In this document: in pieces, positions 49,636-57,754 of the stretch
How the letters are laid out: the number at the start of each line of letters is the position of its first letter
Numbering within the stretch: the stretch's first letter is position 1
DNA from: an uncultured Acidobacteriota bacterium
GTDB lineage: Bacteria; Acidobacteriota; Thermoanaerobaculia; Multivoradales; UBA5704
DNA length: 64,000 nucleotides
NCBI GenBank assembly: GCA_963700145.1
Contig: OY969474.1
Span: forward strand, 160,001 to 224,000
Direction: 5' to 3'
Notes under the pieces: model-generated
The model's database searches: none
Told to the model about the DNA's origin: nothing
The model's input: only the letters and a program-made list of their open reading frames with translations
Made by a program: the position numbers and the translations under genes

Positions 49636-51454
49636 GCCAGGGCGCCTCGGCGATCTTCTCGCAGGCGAAGCGGTAGCCGAACTCGACGATGTCCTCCAGC
49701 CGCTCCATGTCGAACATGTCGAAGGGGTCCATCGGCAGGTCGAGGTAGAGGTCCACCTCGCGCTTCGCCTGCTTGGCGTAGACGTCGCTGGCCAGCAGCG
49801 CCGCGCGCATGATGAGGTTGAGGATGTTGGGGAAGGGACGGGGCTTGCCGGCGCGGCGCATGCGGTTGCTCAGGTACTGCCAGGGGGTCGGCGGGTCCTC
49901 CCAGCTCGGGTCGGCGCGCAGGTCGACGGCGGCCGAGACGTCGGAGGCGATGATCCGCCCCGGCGCGAAGCGGCGCATGACGTCGGTCGGCAGGTTGTTG
50001 AGCACGCCGCCGTCGACCAGGAGGTCGCCGTCGCGGTCGACCACCGGCGGCGTGATGCCCGGGATCGTGATGCTCGCCGAGAGCGCGCGGCGGATCGGCC
50101 CGTCGCGGTGGACCTTCACCTCGGTGCGGGTGATGTTGGTCGAGACGCAGAAGAAGGGGAGCCAGAGGTCCTCGATCCGGCCGCCGGCGAACATCATGTC
50201 GAGCATCACCTCGGCCTTCACCTTCGAGAGCAGCGAGACGACCGGCAGGGTGTAGACCTTGTGCGGCGCCATCTCGACCCAGCCGCGGCGGTTCAAGTCC
50301 ACCATCTCCTGCCAGCCGCAGCCGCGGGCGTACTGCGCCGCGATGATCGCCCCCATGCTGGCGCCGCCGATGCGGTCGATCGGCACGCCGGCCTCCTCCA
50401 GCGCGCGCAGGACGCCGATGTGCGCGAAGCCGCGCGCGCCGCCGCCGCCGAGGACGACGCCGATCGACTGGCCGCTCGCCAGGCGCGCCAGGCGCTCGAG
50501 GTCGGCGGCGCGGCCGCGGCGCAGGTGGTGGTGGGCGTCGAAGGGGTAGAGCGCCAGCCAGCCGGCCGTGGCGCGAGGCCGGTCCGCCGACCCGGGGTGG
50601 AGGAGGACCAGCTCCTCGCGGCTCTTGCCGAGAGCGGCGGGCACGAGGACGCCGGCGAGCGCGCCCAGCCCCGGCTCGGCGCCGGCGTCGGCGACGACCA
50701 GCACGCGGTCGGCCTGGCGCAGGCAGCGGCGCGTCCAGGGGGTGGCGGCGGCGTCGCCCAGGTAGACGACGTAGCGGTGCGTGGCTTCCTGCTCGGCGAG
50801 CCAGGCGGTGACCCGGCCGTGGAGCGGGCTGCCGTCGGGGCTGTCGGCGGCGCCGGCGCCGAAGCGGTCGTCGATGGCGGCGGCGCTGGCCACCAGCGCC
50901 GAGCTGGTGCGGGCGAGCGCGGCGTGGAGCCCCGCCGCCAGGTCGGCCATCGGCAGACCCGGAGTGATCGCAACGAGTGTCAAGGAGAGCGGCGCCGCCG
51001 GCAGCTCGCCGACGGCCGGTGCGGGGTCGAGCCACTCGGCGAGGAGCCCGGCCAGCGAGCGCAGCACCGCCGCGTGCCGCTGCAGGATCCCCTCGAAGCG
51101 GTCACGCGAGAGGCGCACCAGGACGGTGTCGCGGAGCGTGCGGACAGTGGCGGTGCGCGGCCGGTCGGTCAGGACGGCGAGCTCGCCGACCGTCTCCCCC
51201 CGCCCCGCCTCCCGCAGCACGACCTCCTCGCCGCTCGGCAGCGTGCGCACAACCGCCAGCCGCCCGCTCGCCACCAGGTATAGGTAGTCGCCGACGTCCC
51301 CCTGCGCGCACACCGTCTCCCCGCCGCCGACGACCCACCATTCCAGCTCCGCCCCGATCTCGTCGAGCACCTCGTCCGGCAGCCCCTTGAAGAGGCGCGC
51401 TGCGCCAAGCAGCGCCCGGACCTCCGGCGCGGACGGGGGAGGGATGGCGGCCAT
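49601..51454 (-). CDS. cNMP-regulated patatin-like phospholipase (NTE type)
   Basis: cNMP domain (VGELAVL..PRTATV), GGGGARG, GASMG, DGG. Confidence 0.92.
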   Translation of the reverse strand: MAAIPPPSAPEVRALLGAARLFKGLPDEVLDEIGAELEWWVVGGGETVCAQGDVGDYLYLVASGRLAVVRTLPSGEEVVLREAGRGETVGELAVLTDRPRTATVRTLRDTVLVRLSRDRFEGILQRHAAVLRSLAGLLAEWLDPAPAVGELPAAPLSLTLVAITPGLPMADLAAGLHAALARTSSALVASAAAIDDRFGAGAADSPDGSPLHGRVTAWLAEQEATHRYVVYLGDAAATPWTRRCLRQADRVLVVADAGAEPGLGALAGVLVPAALGKSREELVLLHPGSADRPRATAGWLALYPFDAHHHLRRGRAADLERLARLASGQSIGVVLGGGGARGFAHIGVLRALEEAGVPIDRIGGASMGAIIAAQYARGCGWQEMVDLNRRGWVEMAPHKVYTLPVVSLLSKVKAEVMLDMMFAGGRIEDLWLPFFCVSTNITRTEVKVHRDGPIRRALSASITIPGITPPVVDRDGDLLVDGGVLNNLPTDVMRRFAPGRIIASDVSAAVDLRADPSWEDPPTPWQYLSNRMRRAGKPRPFPNILNLIMRAALLASDVYAKQAKREVDLYLDLPMDPFDMFDMERLEDIVEFGYRFACEKIAEAPWLTPAATPPPAP

Positions 51455-51516
51455 GGGGCCATGAAGTCTAGCAGCGGACGGAGACGTGTGGGTACAATGT
51501 GCTTCCAGGAGGCGCC

Positions 51517-51759
51517 ATGAAGACGCGACTGATCAGCATCGGCAACTCGCGGGGGGTCCGGCTGCCCAAACCACTCATCGAGGAGGCTGGTCTTTCCGAT
51601 GAGGTTGAGATCCGCGTCCGCGCCGGGGCGATCGTGATCGCCGCGGCCACGCAGCCGCGTGCCGGGTGGGCCGAGGCGGCGCAACGGCTGAGCACCCGAG
51701 GTGAGGAGGAGGTTCTCGAAGCGCCTACCCGCTTCGACGAGGAGGAGTGGGAGTGGTAG
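51517..51759 (+). CDS. mazE: AbrB/MazE-type antitoxin
   Basis: IGNSRGVRLPK; acidic end FDEEEWEW; AGGAGG RBS; TACAAT upstream. Confidence 0.88.
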   Translation: MKTRLISIGNSRGVRLPKPLIEEAGLSDEVEIRVRAGAIVIAAATQPRAGWAEAAQRLSTRGEEEVLEAPTRFDEEEWEW

Positions 51760-52085
51760 CCGCAGGTCCCCGGCGCGGCGAGGTCTATCTCATCGATCTG
51801 AACCCGACGCGCGGCGGCGAGATCCGGAAAGTGCGCCCGTGCCTCGTCGTCTCGCCCGAGGAGCTCAATGCCCACCTCCGCACCGTGATCGTCGCGCCGC
51901 TGACGACTGGCAGCCACGCCTACCCGTTCCGTGTGCCGTGTCGCTTCGCCGGCAAGGCCGGGCACGTCGTGCTGGATCAGGTGCGGGCGGTCGATCGGGA
52001 ACGGCTGTTGCGCCGCCTCGGACGCCTCGCGCCCGCCACCGCGCGGCGGGTGCTCGGCGTCCTGCAGGAGATGTTCGCGCTGTAG
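51747..52085 (+). CDS. mazF: PemK/MazF mRNA interferase toxin
   Basis: RRGEVYLIDLNP.RG.EIRK.RPCLVVS, VAPLT, LDQVRAVD. Confidence 0.92.
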   Translation: MGVVAAGPRRGEVYLIDLNPTRGGEIRKVRPCLVVSPEELNAHLRTVIVAPLTTGSHAYPFRVPCRFAGKAGHVVLDQVRAVDRERLLRRLGRLAPATARRVLGVLQEMFAL

Positions 52086-52105
52086 CCCGCAGAGTGCTTC
52101 CGGAT

Positions 52106-53854
52106 TCAAGTCTCCCGCAACCCGCGGAAGGCCTCAGGCACCAGCTCGAGGTCGCTCGCTTCCTGGACGGCGAGGGCGATCTGGAACTCCAGGGTCTCGC
52201 GCGGCACCGGGTTGCGCCAGGCGGTGAGCTGGCGCTCGAGGGTCTCGAGGGGGCCGGTCGCCTCGGTCTTGCACGCGCGGTAGGTCTTGAAGGCCAGGGT
52301 CTCCGCCGCCGCCGGCGTCAGCAGCTCCGGGATCTTGGCCTCCAGGCGCGCGAAGGCGTCCTTCTCGATCGCCACCCCGTATCGCTTGCACAAGGCCCGG
52401 ATCAGGTGGAAGCCCTCCTCGGCGCTCGTCGTCGGGAAGAGCGGGATCTTCAAGTCGATCCGCCCGGGACGCTTCAAGTCGATCTCGATCAGGTCCGGCC
52501 GGCTCGAAGCCAGGATCCAGATCACCCGCCCGCGGCTCTCCGAGTTGCTCATCTCCTGGGCGATCATCGAGTAGACGCGGCCCGAGAGCCCGGAGTCCCC
52601 GACGCCCGACTCGCGCTTGCCGAGCGTCTGGTCGGCCTCGTCGATGAAGACGAAGCAGCGGCCGAGCGCGCGCAGCAGGCGGAAGATCTTCTCCAGGTTC
52701 CCCTCGGTCGTCCCCACCCACTTGTCGCGGAAGTTCTTGATCTTGACCACCGGCACCCCCGCCTCGCCGGCCAGGCACTCGGCGAGGTAGGTCTTGCCGG
52801 TCCCCACCGGCCCGCAGAGGAGATACCCGCGCGGCAGCGCCTTCAGCTCGTTGCGCCGCCAGAGCGCCAGGTCCTGCCGCAGCCAGGCCTTGAGCTTCTC
52901 CTGGCCGTAGAGGTCGTCGAAGGTGAGGCGCGAGGAGACGAACTCGATCAGCCCGGCGAGCTCGGTCTCGACCATCTGCTTCTTGAGCTCGACCAGGTCG
53001 GGCGGGCGGAGCGGCTCGCGCCGGTACTCCTTGACCTTGAGCAGGCTCTCGATCGCGGCGAGCGACGCCCCGGCCAGCTCGCGCGCCACGTTCGGCAGGT
53101 CGCCGCGCAGCTCGGCGAGCGCCGTGGGACAGCTCGGCGCGATCAGCTCGAGCGCCGCCTCGATCTCCGCCGGCTCGGGCAGCGGCACCTTGACCGCCGG
53201 CGCGCGGGGGTTGGTGGCGAGGAGCGGGTGGAGGTCGTTGAAGCTCTCGGTGACCAGGAACGACACCAGCGGGTGGCGGGTCAGCAGCTCCTCGCTCGAC
53301 CAGTCGCGCACCAGGAGCGCCAGGGCGTGGACGTCCTGGCCGGCGCCCTCGGCCGGCACCACCAGGTGCGCCGCCTTGACCACCACCGCCACGTGCTGCG
53401 CCGGCTGGCCGATGCGCGCGAGGTTGGCGCAGTAGCGGAAGTAGCGGCCGACGGTCTCCAGCGCCGGCCGCGGCGCGCGCGGGAACTCCTGCCCCTCCTG
53501 GAAGCCCGGCCAGCGGGTGTAGAGCTCGCCGCCCTTCTCGACCCGCAGACCGCTGCCGAGGTCGTAGGAGAAGACGACGTCGAAGCGCGGCACCAGGCGG
53601 CGGAGGAAGAAGTCGATGAGGCCGCCGAGGCGGACGGGCGGGGGCGGGGTTGGCGAGGCCGGATCCGCGGGCTCGGCGCCGGCGGCGCCGGCGGCCGGAG
53701 GCGGCGGCCCCGCCGGCAGGAGCAGCCGGTCGTTGACGTTGCCGTGGACGATGAACTGGCTCGCGGCGTTCGACTCGTAGAGCTCGACGAGCTGCGCCGC
53801 CCAGGCGGGACCGCCCCTCGCCGTGCGCGGAGGCGGGGCTGCCGTGGTGCTCAC
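52106..53854 (-). CDS. Classical-clade AAA ATPase with an N-terminal degenerate AAA-like domain
   Basis: Walker A GPVGTGKT, pore loop KWVG, Walker B VFIDEAD, SRH ASSRPDLIE..LKRPGRID. Confidence 0.9.
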   Translation of the reverse strand: MSTTAAPPPRTARGGPAWAAQLVELYESNAASQFIVHGNVNDRLLLPAGPPPPAAGAAGAEPADPASPTPPPPVRLGGLIDFFLRRLVPRFDVVFSYDLGSGLRVEKGGELYTRWPGFQEGQEFPRAPRPALETVGRYFRYCANLARIGQPAQHVAVVVKAAHLVVPAEGAGQDVHALALLVRDWSSEELLTRHPLVSFLVTESFNDLHPLLATNPRAPAVKVPLPEPAEIEAALELIAPSCPTALAELRGDLPNVARELAGASLAAIESLLKVKEYRREPLRPPDLVELKKQMVETELAGLIEFVSSRLTFDDLYGQEKLKAWLRQDLALWRRNELKALPRGYLLCGPVGTGKTYLAECLAGEAGVPVVKIKNFRDKWVGTTEGNLEKIFRLLRALGRCFVFIDEADQTLGKRESGVGDSGLSGRVYSMIAQEMSNSESRGRVIWILASSRPDLIEIDLKRPGRIDLKIPLFPTTSAEEGFHLIRALCKRYGVAIEKDAFARLEAKIPELLTPAAAETLAFKTYRACKTEATGPLETLERQLTAWRNPVPRETLEFQIALAVQEASDLELVPEAFRGLRET

Positions 53855-54609
53855 GCCTGCTGCGCTTCCGGTCCCATGGTCTTGGCCGGGGCCTCGGTGG
53901 CGGCCGGCTCGGCCTCGCCGGGGAGGGGCTCGAGCGCGATCCCCTCGCGCGCCGCGAACTCGGCCAGCGCTTGCTCGGCGAGCGCGTTCTGCTCGGCGCC
54001 CTTCAAGTCGATCTGCGAAGTGTCCATCGAGTCCTTGGCCACCCGCGCCCGCCCGGCCGCCTTCTCCCGCTCCTCCTCGACCATCGTGTGCAGCCGGTCG
54101 AGCGTGTCGCCCGAGCCGCCGATCGTCGAGATCATGCCGCTCGCCATCTCGGTCAGCTCGGCCATCGCGCGCTTGACCTTCAGGTCGTCGAGGCTGTGCT
54201 TGAGCATCTCGATCTTGGTGCGCGCCGCGTTGACCGCCACGTCGCGGGCCTTGAGCAGGCTCTTGTAGGTCTCCTCGGCGGCGGCGAGCTGCGTGCGGTT
54301 CTCCTGGAGCTGCCGCTCGATCGTCTGCAGGCGCAGGGCGTACTGGCCGGCGACCTCGCGGTTGCCGGCCTTCAGGTTGGCGCTCGCCTTGGCGCGCAGG
54401 TCGCGCTGCTCGATCTCCAGGCGCTTGACCTGGGTCATCAGCCGCTCGCAGAGCCCGGCGTGGGCGGCGAGCCCCTGGTTGTACTCGGCGATCTGCTTCC
54501 GCAGGTTCTCCTTCTCGGCCTCGAGCAGCGCCTCGGGGTTGCGCTTCTCGAGCCCGCTCACGAAGAGCGACAGGAACCCGCGGATCAGGTTGGCGATGCG
54601 TTGGAACAT
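53851..54609 (-). CDS. pspA: PspA/IM30 (bacterial ESCRT-III-like) protein
   Basis: Amphipathic N-helix MFQRIANLIRGFLSLF, NPEALLE, long coiled coils, A..AL, 252 aa. Confidence 0.82.
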   Translation of the reverse strand: MFQRIANLIRGFLSLFVSGLEKRNPEALLEAEKENLRKQIAEYNQGLAAHAGLCERLMTQVKRLEIEQRDLRAKASANLKAGNREVAGQYALRLQTIERQLQENRTQLAAAEETYKSLLKARDVAVNAARTKIEMLKHSLDDLKVKRAMAELTEMASGMISTIGGSGDTLDRLHTMVEEEREKAAGRARVAKDSMDTSQIDLKGAEQNALAEQALAEFAAREGIALEPLPGEAEPAATEAPAKTMGPEAQQA

Positions 54610-54663
54610 GGCGACCTCCCGGATGAGCGCGGGGATCTTACCGTAGCGGGCGGCGGGGCGCGG

Positions 54664-55113
54664 CTATGACGCCTTGGAGCCGAGGCGGCCGGGCGGCCGA
54701 TCGTCCAGCTCGTCGTCCAGGTCCGCCGCCCGCTTGGCGCCGCGCCCCTCCTTCGCATGCATCTCGGAGAGGGCGCTCTGGAGGTTCGTGAACGAGCGCT
54801 GGAGGACGCGGAGGAGCTCGTCGAAGCTGGGATCGCGCGGCTGGGCAGGAAGGGGCGCCGGCGGCGCCGCCGGGGCCGCGCCGTAGACCTCGGCGAAGAA
54901 CTCGGCCGGCCGCACGCCAAGGACGTCGAGGAGCCTGAGCACGTGCTCGAAGCGCAGCTTGACCGAGCCGCGCAGCACCTGCCGCAGGTAGTCGCGGCCC
55001 ATCCCCGACCGCTCTTCCACTTCCTTGTAGGTCAGGCCGGCTTCCCGGATCTTCCGCTTCAGCCCCTCGGCGACCTTGCGGACCTCGTCCTCGGAGCGGT
55101 CCTCGATCGTCAT
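54664..55113 (-). CDS. XRE-family helix-turn-helix regulator
   Basis: LKRKIREAGLTYKEVEERSGMGRDYLRQVLRG..LRFEHV..LLDVLGV.PAEFF. Confidence 0.85.
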   Translation of the reverse strand: MTIEDRSEDEVRKVAEGLKRKIREAGLTYKEVEERSGMGRDYLRQVLRGSVKLRFEHVLRLLDVLGVRPAEFFAEVYGAAPAAPPAPLPAQPRDPSFDELLRVLQRSFTNLQSALSEMHAKEGRGAKRAADLDDELDDRPPGRLGSKAS

Positions 55114-55177
55114 GCCGGACTGGAGTTTAACGCAACCCTGGCGTTGTGATTTTATCCGCACAGGGTTCCTTGATGGG

Positions 55178-55207
55178 TTGACTGCCATCCTCGTATGGCC
55201 GTAAAGT
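55178..55207 (+). promoter_or_regulatory. Putative sigma70 promoter TTGACT-N18-TAAAGT facing the repeat array
   Basis: -35 at 55178-55183 and -10 at 55202-55207 in an AT-richer divergent intergenic region. Confidence 0.55.
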
Positions 55208-55263
55208 CACCGCATGAGGCTGAATTCTCTCCGAATGCGGAGGACTTCCCTCCGCACCTCCTC

Positions 55264-55578
55264 GGGAAGCTTCCCGCCCGGCGCCGGAAGCTTCCGGACC
55301 GCCTCCGGAAGCTTCCCGTCCGGGTCCGGAGGCTTCCGGACCGCCTCCGGAAGCTTCCCGGCGAGGTGCGGAAGCTTCCCGTCGAGGTGCGGAAGCTTCC
55401 GGTTCACCTCCGGAAGCTTCCCGTCCACGTCCGGAAGCTTCCGCTCCAGGTCCGGAAGCTTCCCGACCGCCTCCGGAAGCTTCCCGGCCGGGTCCGGAAG
55501 CTTCCCCTCCACCCCCGGAAGCTTCCGGACCGCCCGCGGAGGCTTCCCGGGCCGGTCCGGAAGCCTCCCGACCCCCTC
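55264..55578. repeat. Tandem array of 15 x 21-bp units: CGGAAGCTTCCS + 9 variable nt
   Basis: Counted directly; exact 21-bp period; palindromic core GGAAGCTTCC with single mismatches in units 4, 14 and 15. Confidence 0.95.
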
Positions 55579-55623
55579 CATCCCGCCGGCCCGCCGGCCG
55601 GCACTTACCATAGGAGACGCCCC

Positions 55624-56001
55624 ATGCCCGAGACGTCGATCGCAGACAAGGTCACCCGTTGGAGGAGCCTGGCCGACGCCATGCAGAGCCGGATCGTGGA
55701 GTACCCCCAACTCGCGGAGGAGCACGCCGAGCTGGCGGCGGAGGTCGCGAAGATGGAAGCGCTGATCGTCACCGAGGACGCCTTCACCGCCCGCCTCCGC
55801 GACACCTTCGCCAAGCGCCGCGAGACCGAGATCCGCTGCCTGGACATGGCCGCCCGCTGCACCACCGGCCTCCAGAGCCACTACGGCAAGCGCAGCCAGG
55901 AGCTCCGCCACTTCGGCATCGGCCCCTTGCTGCCCCGCCGCAAGCGGAAGGAGGAGGAGCAGAAGAAGGCGGAGCAGGAGAAGGCGCAGAAGAGCGCGTA
56001 G
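55624..56001 (+). CDS. Small coiled-coil hypothetical protein (125 aa) with a HYGKRSQELRHFGI motif and a basic tail
   Basis: AGGAG RBS 7 nt before ATG 55624; heptad pattern; in frame with the RKLP reading of the array. Confidence 0.8.
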   Translation: MPETSIADKVTRWRSLADAMQSRIVEYPQLAEEHAELAAEVAKMEALIVTEDAFTARLRDTFAKRRETEIRCLDMAARCTTGLQSHYGKRSQELRHFGIGPLLPRRKRKEEEQKKAEQEKAQKSA

Positions 56002-56076
56002 GACGGCTGTGCCGCCTGCCGGGATGGATCAACTTCAGCCCGCGGGCCGCTTCGTACTGGTTGTCCGGTCTTTTCG

Positions 56077-56119
56077 ACCGCCTTGCCGAGCAGGTGCTCG
56101 AGCAAGGCGGTTCTTCTTT
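56077..56119 (+). terminator. Probable intrinsic terminator
   Basis: ACCGCCTTGC-CGAGC..GCTCG-A-GCAAGGCGGT stem followed by TCTTCTTT. Confidence 0.6.
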
Positions 56120-56122
56120 GAG

Positions 56123-56848
56123 TCAGGCAGGGCCGAGGGCTTCATCCAATTTGTACATCAGGAGGCTAGCAACGAAGAGCAAGTGAAGGCCGCGTAGGGC
56201 ATTGATCTCCACATTCGCATGAGCCTTCGGGTTTCTGATGCCAGTCATCGCCCCAGCGAAGATCTGCATGTAGCCCTTCTGCTCGTCTCTACCTGAATCG
56301 CCGCCGAGGTCAGCTAGTGTAATGACAGGGTTGGTTATTGAAAATGCACGGTTCATCAGGTCGGCTCCGTCGAACTCTTGCTTAGTCCTTGTCTTAACGG
56401 CTGCCTTGACCCGAGCGTTGACTTCCTTTAACGCTGCCTCGACGGCATCGGCGTAATGAGCAGCGGAGAATCGCGGTTCTGCGATTTCAGCGATCCGCGG
56501 ATGCATGAGATCCCACAAGCCCTCTGCCTCAGAGGGGGTCGGAGCAGGTATGGTGATCTCCTCTTGAAGCGTTGCTATGAGATTAGGTGACTGCTGGTAC
56601 TTCGGGCAGTCTACCGGACATTTCGGCCACGAATAACTGCTAGGAGCCGAGCGTGCTGTCCGGTCTAGGGGTACGTTGCGAGCAGGTATCCGCTTTGCCC
56701 AGTCCTCGACACAGTTCGGATAGAAAGCGCGAAGGTGCCCCTTCTCCACGCGGAGGGAACAACAATCTTTGACTTGCCCGCTCGCGAACAAGCGTAGCAG
56801 GTGTCCGACTACCTCGCCCTTCGACCAGATATCGATCTTGGCAGACAT
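56123..56848 (-). CDS. TIGR02391/Ymh-family protein with a Cys-rich N-terminal domain
   Basis: LMHPRI, YADAVEAA.K.V, DGADLM..AFS, EQKG...FAGA..GIRNPKAH; markedly lower GC. Confidence 0.85.
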   Translation of the reverse strand: MSAKIDIWSKGEVVGHLLRLFASGQVKDCCSLRVEKGHLRAFYPNCVEDWAKRIPARNVPLDRTARSAPSSYSWPKCPVDCPKYQQSPNLIATLQEEITIPAPTPSEAEGLWDLMHPRIAEIAEPRFSAAHYADAVEAALKEVNARVKAAVKTRTKQEFDGADLMNRAFSITNPVITLADLGGDSGRDEQKGYMQIFAGAMTGIRNPKAHANVEINALRGLHLLFVASLLMYKLDEALGPA

Positions 56849-56952
56849 AATGCGTCGCTCTAGCAGCCCTGATGGTTAACGTCACGTACCCTGAAACCGA
56901 CCAAGTCGATGCCACGTCGCCTTGATCGGCACGAGTGCTGCGCCGCCTGCCT

Positions 56953-57510
56953 CTACGCGAAGATCTCGGCGAGCGGGATCGAGAGCCCCGGCAGGAGAGG
57001 CGTGGCGAGGACGTCCACACCCTCGACCGAGAGCTCCGCTACGAGGACGAGACCTTCGCCGGTACGGCGGTACACCCTGACGGTCTCGAATACCGGGTCG
57101 GCGAGCCAATACTCCCTCACGCCGAAGCGGTCGTAGAGCTCGAGCTTCCGCTTCTCGTCCATCTTTCGCGTGGAGTCGGAGAGGACCTCGATCACCAGGT
57201 CGGGGGCGCCCTGAACGTTACGCGCAGTGAGGAGCTCCGACCGGTCCTGCGAGACGAAGAGGAGGTCCGGCTCGACGAAGTTTGACGGCGTGAAGACGAC
57301 ATCGCACGGCGCGAGGTAGACCTTGCCGATCGAACGGGTGCGCAGGAAGTGGCGCAGGAGGTAGTGGAAGTTGCCGACAATCCACTGGTGTTTGAGGCTC
57401 GGCGCCGGCGACACGTAGTGTTCCCCGTCGATCAGCTCGTGGCGGAGGCCGTCGTCGGGGAGGGCCAGGAGATCCTCGTAGGTGAGCTGGCGATGGGCGG
57501 TGCGTGCCAT
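56953..57510 (-). CDS. Uma2 family endonuclease (copy 1)
   Basis: LPDDGLRHELIDG, EPDLLFV, GAPDLVIEVLS, KLELY..FGVREYWLADP. Confidence 0.93.
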   Translation of the reverse strand: MARTAHRQLTYEDLLALPDDGLRHELIDGEHYVSPAPSLKHQWIVGNFHYLLRHFLRTRSIGKVYLAPCDVVFTPSNFVEPDLLFVSQDRSELLTARNVQGAPDLVIEVLSDSTRKMDEKRKLELYDRFGVREYWLADPVFETVRVYRRTGEGLVLVAELSVEGVDVLATPLLPGLSIPLAEIFA

Positions 57511-57537
57511 GAATCCGTCCTCAGTGACCCGCTGAAT

Positions 57538-57729
57538 CTAGCACCCGCCGCCGCGCCTGCGGCCCCGGCCCCGTGCGGCCTCACCAGTAAGACGGAAAAC
57601 AGCCGGCGAGTCGTGCATGCGGCGGGCGTACTTGTTTGGCCGAGCCCGGCTGAAGTCGTACTCCGGGAGGATCTCGTCGTACTCGACTTGGTCCTCAGCG
57701 CTTTCCTTCTTTGGCGGTTCCTGACTCAT
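57538..57729 (-). pseudogene. Truncated BrnA-like antitoxin remnant
   Basis: DEILPEYDFSRARPNKYARR resembles the N-terminus of BrnA-like antitoxins; the sequence then switches into the duplicated Uma2 upstream region. Confidence 0.5.
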
Positions 57730-57754
57730 GCCTACGCGAAGATTCTGGCCGGAC

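Noticed and set aside
51499-52101. GTGCTTCC direct repeat flanking mazEF as a target-site duplication
   Set aside because: Only 8 bp, and the left copy lies downstream of the TA -10 box; likely chance.
55264-55578. CRISPR array
   Set aside because: The 12-nt repeat and 9-nt variable part are far too short, spacers recur (gaccgcctc three times), and there are no cas genes.
55264-56001. TIGR-Tas array (9-nt spacers)
   Set aside because: There is a single repeat type with a 21-nt period rather than alternating edge/loop repeats of about 36 nt, no box C/D-like motifs, and the adjacent protein shows no recognisable Nop domain.
56849-56952. Integron attC site next to the TIGR02391 gene
   Set aside because: GTTAAC is present but there is no matching RYYYAAC/GTTRRRY pair with an attC stem, and no integrase.
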